Positions 27,081-39,159 of a stretch of DNA of 64,000 nt are shown here, one piece after another; the first letter of the stretch is position 1; each line of letters begins with the position of its first letter. The stretch comes from Chiloscyllium plagiosum (lineage: Eukaryota): contig NC_057718.1 in NCBI RefSeq assembly GCF_004010195.1, forward strand, positions 39,165,143-39,229,142. Direction: 5' to 3'. The notes under the pieces are model-generated. The model saw only the letters and a program-made list of their open reading frames with translations, did no database searches and had not been told where the DNA came from. Position numbers and translations under genes: made by a program.

Positions 27081-28893
27081 ACGTCGGATGGATCAGTTTT
27101 TGTCCAATGTGTACAGGAGGGTTTCCTGACACAGTATGTCGAAGGGCTGACAAGACGGAAGGCCACACTAGATCTGGTGCTTGGTAATAAACCAGGCCAG
27201 GTGTTTGATTTAGTTGTAGATGAGAGTTGGAGAGAGTGACCATAATTCAGTTACGTTTAGTTTAGCGATGGAAAGGGATAGGTACATGCCACAGGTCAAG
27301 AGTTATCAATGGGGCAAGGGCAATTATAATGCGATTATGCAAGAATTAAGATGCATAGAATGGGGTAGCAAAATGAAGAGGATGCAGACAATGGAAATGT
27401 GGAGCTGGTTTAAGGAACAGATATTGCGTGTCCTTGATAGGTATGTCCCTGTCAGGCAGGGAGGAAGTGATAAGGTAAGGGAACCGTGGTTTACTACAGA
27501 AATTGCACCTCTTGTTACGAAGAAGAGGAGGCTTATGTGTCGATGAGGCAAGATGGCTCAGATGAGGCAATGGAGAGTTATAGATCAGGTAGGAAGGATT
27601 GAAATAGAGAGTTAATAAGAGCAAAGAGAGGACACGAGCGGTCTTTAACAAATATTATAAAGGGGAATCCTAAAGCGTTCTATAGGTATGTGAGGATGAT
27701 TAGAGTAGGAATAGGGCCAATCAAAGACAGAAGTGGGAAGTTGAGTGTGGACCCTGTGGAGATCGGAGAGGTACTAAACGAACATTTCTCATTGGTTTTC
27801 ACTCAGGAAAAGGAGAATATTGTTGAGGAGAAGAATGAGGTACGAGATATTAGACCTGAAAGGATCGAGGTTAGTTACAAACAGGTGTTATCAATTCTAG
27901 AAGGAGTGAAAGTAAACAAGTCCCCTGGGCCAGATGGCATTCATCCGAAGATTCTCTGGGAAGCTAGGGAGGAGATAGCAGAGCCTTTGGCTTTGATATT
28001 TGAGTTGTCATTGTCTACAGGTTTGGTACGAGAGGACTGGAGGATTGCAAATGTTGTGCCCTTGTTCAAGGGCAATAGAGATGACCCAGGTAATTATAGA
28101 CCAGTGAGCCTTATTTCTGCTGTAGGAAAGGTATTGGAAAGGATTATAAGAGAAAAGATTTATAATCATCTGGCAAGCAACAATTTGATTTCAGATAGTC
28201 AACATGGTTTCGTCAAGGGCAGGTCGTGTCTCACAAACCACATTGAGTTTTTGGAGAAGGTAACCAAGCATGTAGATGAGGGTAGGGCAGATGACTTGGA
28301 CGCAGGCATAGGTGGATGGATTAGTAAATTTGCAGATGACACTAAAGTCGGTGGAGTAGTGGACAATGTGGAAGAATGTTACATGTTGCAGGGGGACTTG
28401 GATAAACTACAGAATTGGGCTGAGAGGTGGCAAATGGAGTTCAATGCAGCTAAATGTGAGGTGATGCACTTTGGGAAGAATAACAAGAAGGTAGAGTACT
28501 GGGTCAATGGAAAGATTCTTGGTAGTGTGGATGTGCAGAGGGATCTTGGAATCCATGTACATAGATCCCTGAAAGTTGCCACCCAGGTGGATAGTGCAGT
28601 TAAGAAGGCATATGGTGTATTAGGTTTCATTCATAAAAGGATTGAGTTCCGGAGCTGCAATATCATGCTGCAACTATACAAAATGCTGGTGCGGCCACAC
28701 TTGGAATATTGTGTACAGTTCTGGTCCCCATATTTCAGGAAGGATGTGGAAGCATTGGAAAAGGTGCAGAGGAGATTTACCAGGATGTTGCCTGGTCTGG
28801 AGGGAAGGTCTTATGAGGAAAGGCTGAGAGACTTGAACCTGTTCTCATTGGCAAGAAGGCTAACAGGGAATTTGATACAGACATACAAGATGA
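27081..28893 (+). mobile_element. CR1 LINE ORF2 fragment with an internal in-frame RT deletion
   Basis: ORF 27690-28970 contains KSPGPDGIHP, DPGNYRPVSL, QHGFVKGRSCLTN, ISKFADDTK and LVRPHLEYCVQFWSP. It jumps from DEGRAD to DLDAGIGG at ~28290. Confidence 0.93.
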
Positions 28894-28992
28894 TGCAAAC
28901 TCCACACAGACAGTCTCCCGAGGCTGGAATTGAACCTGGCCCCATTGGCACTATGAGGCAGCAGTGCTAACCACTGAGCCGCCATGCTGCCC
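28894..28992 (-). mobile_element. HE1-type SINE 5' (tRNA-like) portion abutting the CR1
   Basis: Minus strand GGGCAGCATGGCGGCTCAGTGGTTAGCACTGCTGCC..GGTTCAATTCCAG..TGTGTGGAGTTTGC. Confidence 0.85.
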
Positions 28993-29759
28993 AACATATT
29001 TGAATTGATATATATTTCAGGGTAAACCCCATTAGGTGTATAGTTCTCTAAGTGGCAGCAGTTAAATGACTTTTTCATGTATGAGTTCAAATATTGAGAT
29101 CCAATATGTTATATTACAGCTGAGCTCTGGCCAATGTCCCTTACTATTATCTAGCGAGGGCCACGAAGTAGTAATATAGAACAGAAATCATTTGCCTCAA
29201 AAGCAGACAGGACAGAAGACAAACTGTAGTACCAATGCTGCTGTCATGGTTCAGATCAGCTCACTCAATGGACACCAAAGATTGCACTGGAAATCTTTTG
29301 GACTATATAGCACAGTTAATTTGACACCCAGAGAGTTATGCTTCTAGAGAAATGAATGCTTATCACTGAGGGTTCCAGTTCAAAGAAATTGAGGAACCAA
29401 GGTTTTGAGCCAGTATGATAATAACCATTCTTACTATTAAATGTCGCAGAGTCAATAATGACAGGGGTCCATATACTTATTCATTACTCATATTGGGTGC
29501 TTCCAGAAAATGCAACCCTCGGGGAGAGGCTAACTACAGTTCCCCTTTAACAACATAACCATTTTCTATCCAGTGAAGTTAACTCCCTTGGGCTGTTTCT
29601 CCTCATAAACGTATTAACACTTAAAACTCAAAGACTGGTGGAATGAGTTTAGGATGAAGGAACTGGTTTATTAGGTTAATGGTCTTTCTGGTACCAGCAA
29701 ATGATTTTGTAGTGGGACATGAGTCTATGTTCAAATTGAGTCCACTGCAATATCCCAAT

Positions 29760-31091
29760 GGATAAAGTGAGGACTGCAGATGCTGGAGATCAGAGTCAAA
29801 AAGTGTGGCATTGGAAAAGCACAGCAGGTCAGGCAGCATCTGAGGAGCAGGAGAGTCAACATTTTAGGCATAAGCCCTTCATCAGGAAGGTGGAGGTGGG
29901 AAGGGGGCTGAGAGATAAATAGGAGGGCGGGATTGGGGTGGGGATGAGGTAGCTGGGAAGGGCGATGGATAGATGCAGGTGGGAGGTGAAGGTGATAGGT
30001 TGGAGAGGAGGGTAGAGCTGATAGGTGGGAAAGAAGGTGACAGGTAGGACAGTTCAAGTGGGCAGTTCCGAGTTGGATAGTTGGACCTTGAATGAGGTGG
30101 GGCAAGGGGAGATGAGGAAACCGGTGAAGTTGACATTGATGCCGTGTGGTTGGAGGGTCCCAAGCGGAAAATGAGGCGTTCTTCCTCCAGGCATCAGGTA
30201 CCTTGGATTTGGCGGTGGAGGAGGCCAAGGAATTGCATGTCCTTGGCGGAGTGGGAGCGGGAGTTGAAGTGGTTGGCCACAGGGCAGTGGAGTTGTTAGG
30301 TGCGTGTCCCAGAGATGTCCCCTGAAACATTCCATGAGAGACTATATTGACAGCAATGGACACAGTAAATGAGGTGTTTGGATGCGCAGGAAAATCTCTG
30401 CCGGATATGGAAGGATCCTTTGGGGTCTTGGACGGAGGTGACAGGGTGGTGTTGGCACAGGTTTTACACCTCTTGCAGTGGTAAGCAAAAATGCCGGGAG
30501 TGGAGGGCTGTTTGCTGGGTGACATGGACCTAACAAGGGAATCATGGAGGGAATGGTCTCTGCAGAATGCTGATAGATGTGGGGAGGGATAACAAGTCTC
30601 TGGTGGTGGAGTCTGATTATAGGTGGCAGAAATGGCAGAGGATAATGCACTCCCCCTCCCAGTCTGCCAAGGACATGCAAGTCCTGGACATCCTCCACCG
30701 CCAAATCCAAGCCACCCGACGCCTGGAGGAAGAATGCCTCATTTTCTGTCTTGGGACCCATCAATGTCGACTTCACCAGTTTCCTCATCTCTCCTCCACC
30801 CACCTCATCCCAGATGAACCCTCCAACTCAACACCACCCTCTTGAACTGTCCTACCTGCCCATCTTTCTTCCCACCTACCAGTTCCACCCTCCCCTCAGA
30901 CCTATCCCCATCAACCCCCACCTGTTCTAGCTATTGCCTTCCCGGCTACCTCACCCTCACCCTCCTATTTATCTCTCAGCCCCCTTCCCTCCCATCACAT
31001 TCCTGATGAAGGGCTTATGCCCGAAACGTCGATTCTCCTGCTCCTCGGATGCTGCCTGACCTGCTGTGCTTTTCTAGTGTCATACGTTTTG
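29760..31091. mobile_element. Penelope-like insertion with inverted structure: minus 3' part (29760-~30645) joined to an inverted plus copy (~30646-31091)
   Basis: Both arms carry RRLEEE.LIF and the terminal repeat. Perfect 16-bp TSD ACTGCAATATCCCAAT at 29744-29759 and 31092-31107. Confidence 0.9.
30998..31036 (+). ncRNA. Minimal type-I hammerhead ribozyme motif with an intact core
   Basis: CTGATGA (31003-31009), extra A, GGGC-TTAT-GCCC (stem II), GAAA, then C-GTC with the predicted cleavage after 31030. Stem III is the palindromic ACGT and stem I is weak. Confidence 0.8.
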
Positions 31092-32130
31092 ACTGCAATA
31101 TCCCAATATTGACCTCAGTATCAGGGGAGGAACTTGAAGGAGGACTCTGTGAGGCATCAGTCAGCATCTCAGCAGAAATCAATTCAAGATGACAAATTAG
31201 TCTGCAAATCCACCGAGCGCAGCGGCTGCTAGAGTTTACTGGTGCAATAACATGTCAGAAACATAAAAGGCTAACCTTTTACACATTATAGGCCAACAGC
31301 TGTTAAAAGCAGCTTATAAACAGACTCATGACAATGCTGGCATCAGAACACATTAACTGGCACAGCTCACTGACCCATGGGTCTGTAATATGCCTATTCG
31401 TTAGCCCTCATATTGCCTGGCAACTGTTACACGTGTGTTATTCACCTTTCAAGACTCAGGAGCCCCAAAGGGGGCAGGTAACTGCCTGATTGTCATTCAA
31501 TCTTGTTGAAGCAAATGGAAATATCTGCAGTGGGGTTGTCAACAACTTTATGACCCATTCTGGGGCAACTATAGTGGCATTAAATTCAGCTCCATTACCC
31601 TGGAACAGTGGACCACTGAAGCTCTGCTGGGAATTGGAATGATATGGTTAGTGTGCTCCCACACAATATATTGTCCATTAAAATTAATATGCATTCCAGG
31701 CACACAAGCTTTGCTTCATGTTCATTAATTCTGAAATCCGACCGTGATCTGTACTTGTTTCTTTCCTCATGCTCTGCGATGTTCTTAAACTGCTTGCTAC
31801 CATCCATCTCACGGGAATTCTTTTTGTGAACTCTTCTTGGATACTTGTGTGAGATAAGGAAAGCTCAAATCCCAGAGGATTATATTAAGTTCCACTGGGT
31901 TATATCAAAAGCATATAAAAATGATTATTACTACATGGAGGTAGAAAGGATTTGCATTCCACTGAGTATTCTCTTTTAGCTTTGGTAGTAAGAAACATAT
32001 CGAGATCCATTAAGATCAAGCAACATCAAACAGAAATTTGTTTTCCTTTGGAAAATAACAAATAATCTCTCCCGCACTCCTGCATTCTGTCTATGCCAAT
32101 CAACTAAGCAATTTGCTCATTCAAATCAAT

Positions 32131-32151
32131 ACACACACACACACACACACA
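32131..32151. repeat. (AC)10 microsatellite
   Basis: Seen directly. Confidence 0.95.
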
Positions 32152-35100
32152 GATGGAAGAAAGTACTTAAAATAAAATCTGAACAGCTGTAAGACATTTT
32201 ACATCAGCGAATGGAAAAACCGATGTATAACAATATTTCTTAAGACTCAGGTCAATACAAAAGCTGAGTAATGTAATCGTTTCACATACTTCAATAAAGA
32301 ATTTGAACCAAATATTTAAATATCCAAAATATGTTTTATAAAAGTATTTCAAAGAGATCAAGCTAAGCTTCTCATTGGGAAACCTGGTGGGCAGTGATTT
32401 TCATTGTCGTTATCTAATGTTAATGGGTCCATAACATTGTTACGACTACTCCATCATAATGTGATATGGTCAAAGCACCTGCCTAATTCTGGTGGTAGAC
32501 TTCATTTGATATGGAAACTCTGGTACTACAACATTAATAGGCTGTCATTTGTCGTCAAAACAGGTTGAAACCTGTGCGGTTAATGTTCTAATCAGTTACA
32601 CAGGCAATGCAAACAAAAAGGCCTTTGAAAGCATGTCTGGGAATTAATTTTGCGGGCATCAGAGGATCTTGGCTACTGGAACTCCAAGATCACCCCCACC
32701 TCACCACCTACAACCACTAACAATCCTCCACAAATCTTGAAGCCATTAAATTGATAAACTTAAATGAAAACATGAGGTCAGTACTGAAGAATCCTTTGCA
32801 CCACAGGTCATGACCAACACTCTCAAAGGAAGGAATCTTAAAGTGGTCTGAGTGATGCAATGGAGAGATTTGTAGCAGAATCATGTGAAAAGTCCAGCAA
32901 TGCCAAACTTGATGTCAGGAGCATCTCACTCCATCTCAAATACATTTTCTCTCCATTTTTCTTGCCAATTAAACAGACTATAGTTTGCTATGCACTTTAC
33001 TAACACTGTAACTCCCCTCATTATTATTAAGCTTCCTAGCTAACAATCAAGAATGCTCGCCACGGAGGTCAGAGGGTGTACCTGGCAATTTCAGCCTGCT
33101 TTTGGCTGTAAAAGCTTCCATGTTGCTCAGACAAAACAGCATCTCACTCCACAATCCATGGGCACCAGCCAAATGCAACCGGATAAGCACTCAGCTAACA
33201 TATTGGACCGGGCTGCATCTCCGTGCTGCTCGCTTACTCTTCTAGCATTCATTTATTTAGCACCTACCTGCAGGCTCGCAGCATCCTTGCCTTGCCTCAC
33301 CTCACCAAGTCTGTTAGCCTTTGGCACTAGCTGAAGTGCCAACACACTATCAGTACTGCCAAATTGACATGTTCTTTTCCACAGATAGGCTCCATGACAT
33401 TCTTGTCAGTAGGAATCTGTTCAGGAGGATCACCTCATTGTATGCCACACTGAGATGCCAATTCTACAACTAGATGATATAACAGCAGTGATCTTTCTCA
33501 ACACCTCTCTGCCTGCCTAGAGTGTGTAAGGAAGCCACATACAAACTTCTAGAATTTAATTACTATTAGAGTGACAGACAGAGAATCATCAGTCACCAAA
33601 AAATAATGTGGATGAGGTTCTCCACCAAGTGTTTGGAAAATCAATTTCATCAGCGACACCTTGGTCACAAGAAACTGAAATGTGAAATTTCCTTTGTAAA
33701 CATATAAAACAAAGTGGGTGCAAAGGCAATGCATATCCTGGTAGGCATTGCTTATGAGAAACTCAGGCACAACAACGTAATGTGAAAGCAGATTTTTATA
33801 AATGGTTCAAATAAAGTCCTTTCTGAGCTCTATTGCACAGGAAATGCATTTTTGTTTATTTAACACTAGGCCAGAATGCATTCACATAAAGAAACGGTTC
33901 CAGGTTAAGAACAGTAATATTACTCGGCATTTATTTGCATGTGAATTTACATGCAAATGTTAGCATCAATGAAATGAACAAAGTGGTATCGTTACCCTGG
34001 ATAAAAAGGTTGCTATGATGTTTTTTAAAACAACCAATGAACACAATTAATAGTTGCATTAATTATTTTTGTGTAATCATTTGAGATTTCTCTCATTGAG
34101 AAGCATATATACCTGTACTTACTTTTCCTATAGCAGTTATTTTCCTCCCTAATCCTCTTTCTTTTACTTTTATAAAGACTGCTTAAATTTGCAAGCATTT
34201 CTCCTGCATTTAGCATTCCTATTCACCTGGGTTAACCTATTCAGGAGACACTCATTTTCAGTTTGGGATTACTACACATGCTCTATGGCACAGTGCTGTA
34301 GACCAACAAATGGAAGACTGAATGCTCACTTAAAACTATGATGGCATATATTAAACATATATTCAACGACTGGGCTTAAAAAATGAAGCTAGCTTTTGTA
34401 AAACTGGACTGTCTCGTTAAAATACTGGATAGTTCACTTTTGTAAATTGAAACTGATACTGGAAAGAGTTGGAAATGATGAAGATAGCAAAAGAAGATCT
34501 GAAAAACCAAAGTTGGTGAAGGACCAATACAATGAGTTCCCTTATCATAAACAAACCTTAATTAATCTAATTGGAGTAGGATCAGATGATCGCACCCAGT
34601 TCCCAAAGAAACAAAAATCTTGGAAGTGGCTGCTTGCCAAGGACTAATGGATTAAACATGCAGCTTTTCTAAGAGTTGAGAGTCAATGTCATGGCAGATC
34701 AGCTAATACAGATTTTGGTCTGCTGTCTTTACTCGTCATTAAATATGCCAATCTTTATTTACAATCCTGTTCTGCTGCTTTAGGTAATGGAATTGCTGCA
34801 GTGCAAATCAGATGCAGGTGAGAGAAAAGGAGACACCTACAATAATGAGTACATCACTACAGTCTGACTTCACTAGAACAATGCACTTAGAAAGTACTGA
34901 AGTGTATTATCTTAATCTTAAGAAAGTGACCTCTATTTCACAAGAACATTCGTGCCTTGCACACAGTCAATAACACAAAACTAAAATAATGAACTTACTA
35001 ATACTAACTTGGAAGTCCAATTTATTCTGGAGATACTCGCTTTTGATTGCTTCCTAGTTTTGATTGTCTCTGTAAACTGAAAAGTCTCACAGTATATTCT

Positions 35101-35267
35101 CAAAAGCTTCAGAACCTTGATGTCAGGATGCATTTGCCTACAGAAGGCCAGCAGTTCTGAAATCTCAGCAGCACCACTGGGCAAGGTCAGTGCAGCTGAG
35201 AGAGGTCAGGGATTGAGAGGGCATCTCCAAGTAACATTTAAAATACAAGTTCAGAGGGAACAACTGG

Positions 35268-37300
35268 TTTTTTTTCTAAAAATAAAATTTATTTGTAAAA
35301 TCCATAAAAATGTATTGCATCAGATTTCAAAGTTGACTTCTAACAAGATTGATGTTTTCCAATACAGTATGCGATCCCTTTAGTTGTCTCAATGCACTTA
35401 CAATATTCACTCCATGTCAATTATACAGCTTAAATGGTTTTACAGCTTCCAACCCCAAAGTGTTCAAAGATGAGCAGTTTAAACAGCTGCCATTCCCTAT
35501 TGCGCTTTTGTGACAGCTTCCCTGAGTTTTATTGCAGCCTTCAGCATAGAGTCCTATATCTTGAACTGTGCTAGTTACAACTCTCTGTACTGGGAAGCCA
35601 GCACGTTTTGGACAGACCAAAGGTAGTCTTTCACTGAGTTGATGGTTCTCCACCATCAGTTGATGTTTATGTCAATTTGCATCTCTGGGATCAGAGCTGG
35701 GACCTCATGTTGCAGCTGTACAAGACATTGACAAGGCCACTTATGGAATACTGCATACAATTCTGGTCACCCTGTTATGGGAAGGATGTTCTTACTCTTG
35801 AAAGGGTGCAGGAAATATTTCTAAAGATGTTGCCGAGTTTGGAGGGTTTGAGTTACAAGGAGAGGCTGAATAGGCTGGGACTTTTTTCCCTTGAGCATCA
35901 GAGACTGAGGGGTGACTTTATGGAGATTTATATAATCATGAGGGGCAAAGATAAGATGGATAGCCATGGTCTTTTTTTAATGGTTGGGAAGTCCAATACT
36001 AGAGGGCAGTGGTTTAAGATGAGAGGAGAAAGATTTAAAAGGAATCTAGGGATTAACTTTTTCACACCGTGGGTGGTGCACATATGAAATGAGCTGACAG
36101 AGGAAGTGGTAGAGGTGGGTACAATTACAAGATTCAAAAGATATTTGGACAGTTGCATGAATAGAAAAGGTTTAGAGGGACATGGACCAAATGCAGACAA
36201 ATGAGACTAGTTCAGTCTGTGATACCTAGTCAGCATGGACAAGTTGGGCCAAACGGTCTGTTTCCATGCTGCATGACTCAATGACCAGCCTTTAGAGTCA
36301 GTCCTGCATTTCAAAGCAACTTGCTGTGAAACAGGACAAAATAAATTGCATCTTTTCCCAGAACTGCTTTGTAAAGGCACATTCTAGATGGAGTTGGATG
36401 ACAGTTTCTTCTCCACTGCAGCCATCTCAAGTGCAGAAGGTGTGAGACTTCACATGTGCAGAAAGGATCTGATGGAACAGCAGCATAACACCAGGTAAGC
36501 TAAATTTTGTACTTGTTTGAATGTTCTGGTAATGAGGCATTCTTCCAAACGTCTTTGACAATCTGCTCAGGAAATCATCTGACAGGATCCAACATCTCCT
36601 TTTCCCACACGTTTTGAGAATGTTACATGCAGATCACTGATTGATGAACTTCTGGTAGAAACTGTTTTTCTACATAAACCTTTCAATAAGGACAGTTGAT
36701 ACAGTTCAACTGAATGGAGTGTTCCATAACAATGTGATCAGATCTATCCTTCACAGTCCCAGAGACAGATGGAACCACAGCATGAGGTGACACATGGTGT
36801 TTGCTTCTGACAGTCCACACGCTGCATGATGCAGCTGCACACAAAAGTGACTGAATATCAGGAAGAGGACAACACTGGGTACTTTCTATCCCCTTTATCA
36901 AGAGATTTATATAGAGTGCTCCAGCAGACACAATTGATTTTCAATCTGCAGACAAAATGGCAGATGGCTCAGGAGACTGCCACAGTGCAGGAGCTGTATA
37001 GGTGAGTACCTCATAATAACTGACCAGGTTTACACCTGCAGTGGGGGTGCAGCTTGTTCCTCTATTCTTGTTTTATCAGGGCTACATGCTCCTTCCAATT
37101 TTCAGCACATATTCTCGTCCCTTAAAAGCATATCATTGGCACCCTCAGGCAGCCGGACCTGATGGTGAAAAGGGCAAAGGATCAGCTGGTTATTTGGCAA
37201 AGAATATTGCTTTGCTCTTGCCATGATTTACCTTGGTTCTTGAAGCCAGTTCATACAGGTTGCAGATAATTATCAGCCTGCGACCCAACAGCAAATCTCA
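35268..37300 (-). mobile_element. Decayed Tx1-like non-LTR element 3' half, interrupted by a CR1
   Basis: Minus translations: KVNHGKSKAIFF, EQIVKDVWKNASLPEHSNK, DGCSGEETVIQLHLECAFTKQFW (Cys/His knuckle) and WRTINSVKDYLWS. AATAAA plus an A-tail at ~35268-35293. Confidence 0.75.
35686..36284 (+). mobile_element. CR1 LINE 3' fragment inserted in the Tx1-like element
   Basis: ORF 35677-36087 LQLYKTLTRPLMEYCIQFWSP..RLRGD and a CR1 tail. Confidence 0.92.
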
Positions 37301-37649
37301 GCAGAAGGCAGATAGGTCCCTTCAGCTAGAGGGAAATCTCCTCCAAATGATACAACAGGGCTCTGGCTGTGGCTTTCCTGATGAGATGCCCCTGTTTGCG
37401 GGATAAAGCTTCTATCTCTGGGTATCCTGTAGCACTGTCTGTCCCTGGGAATTCACTGTAATTCTGCAAGTAACTCTACAAATGCAAACCTTTCTCCTGG
37501 GGAATGAAAATTTGAGTAGTGTGATGGAGATAAGATCCCTGGAATTATTTACGAGTCAGTTGGATGCTACAGTATGGGGCACATTTGATAATTCTGGATG
37601 GATAAAGTAAGCTGGACCCAGTGGCATTCCACATTCTCACAAAAGTAGA

Positions 37650-37960
37650 AAACAGCAGTACAGTAAGCCATTCAGTCCATCAAGCCCATTCCATCATTCA
37701 ACATGATTCTGGCTGATCTTCTTTTTCAATACTGAACTCCTGCTCTTTCCACATATGCTTTGATAGCTTTAGCCTCTTGAAATATATCTATTTCTTTCTT
37801 AAATATATTCAGTGATATGGCCTCCACAGTATTCTGTGGCATGGAACTTCACCCTCTGTGTGAAGGAAACTCTCATTTCAGTCCAAAATGGCTTACCACA
37901 TGTCTTCAAACTATGATCGCTGTTCCCCATCATCATCTCTGTATCCAGCCTGTCTAGCTC
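37650..37960 (-). mobile_element. Old CR1 3' fragment
   Basis: CR1-like tail (CCATTCAGTCCATCAAGCCC..CATTCAAC) and FTQRV motif. Confidence 0.65.
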
Positions 37961-39159
37961 TTCATTTATCTTATCTACACAGTTGACAATGAACATGTGT
38001 TACTTAGTGGTATTAATGACAGTGAATAATATTATAGTTATTGAATAGATTCCCAAGGAATGTGATTTTCTGCAACATTGTTGGTAAATCAACAACCAGA
38101 TAATTTGATGAAAATATTCTGTTGGAAGTTTATTTGCAGCAATTGAAACGTTTCCCACTAAAATGGGTTTCCACATGGTTTTAAGAGATTCAAATCGACA
38201 TAATGATGACATTGTATGGCACTGGACTTGTGGAAAAGCTTAATGCTTTCATCTGAAATTCCATTTTGTTCTTCCTTAGCAGAAGTCCTAATCCATTAAA
38301 GTTGAGGGGTTGGTTCACTCACTTAAGAAGACAAAAGAAGAGTTTGCCTTACTCACCAAATGTGACAGCATCACGTAATGAACAACAACATACAATTAAG
38401 GATGTTATCAGGTTTACCAAGTGCACCTCAGGCCTCACTATTTAGCTGCAGTTTCTTGTGGTTGCTACTTATTCTCCAAGCCCCACACCCTACCTCCCGA
38501 ATCCAAACATAGTGCATTGAATTTTCTAGGCTACCAACCTTTGCAATTGAATACAATACATGACAGAAATTAACTGGCATTATTCTATTGAAGGACTGCA
38601 ATGACTCCACAGGACTGCAAGCCTTCCTAAAACTTCAGGTAAAATACCCACAGAGACAGAAGGGGTCATTCAGTTGGCCACTTAGGTAACCATTCTACAA
38701 CCTTTCCCCCTGCTGGCATATTAGCTTGGCCATTGCAAGATGTCTTACTCACACACAAACCCTAACACCTTCCTGCACCATTTTGTCAGCTTCACACCTC
38801 CCAGTCTGTCATAAAAACCGCATGACAAAAGATTCTGATTTGTTTGCTGAAAAAGGTAATGGATAGGAGAGTTAATCTGAGACAAACTGAAGCTCTGCCA
38901 CTCTGCTATTTACTGCAGCCACCGAATGGAACCACCAATTCCTCTGGGAATTGTCTAGGGCAGGTCTAAGCAGTTGTAGTTAGAGATAGTCATGTCTTCT
39001 GTTACATCAGTATAATACAGCCTATGAATAGTTACTAATGTGTAATAAACTTTATCTTGTTACCTAAGTGCCTCAATTGTTATGACTTATTCATGGTATA
39101 TCCTTCACCACAAACATTTAGAAAGTCCCTAGATTAGTATAGGAAAAAAGGAATTTTAT

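Noticed and set aside
31595-31850. Possible minus-strand coding exon (..MDGSKQFKNIAEHEERN..)
   Set aside because: Weak AAG acceptor, no convincing donor, and no recognisable protein.
36350-37010. Plus-strand exon-like donors (CAG|GTAAGC at ~36495, TAG|GTGAGT at ~37001)
   Set aside because: They lie on the antisense strand of the Tx1-like ORF2 remnant.
38345-38430. Strong minus-strand donor TTG|GTGAGTAAG
   Set aside because: No matching acceptor or recognisable coding frame upstream.
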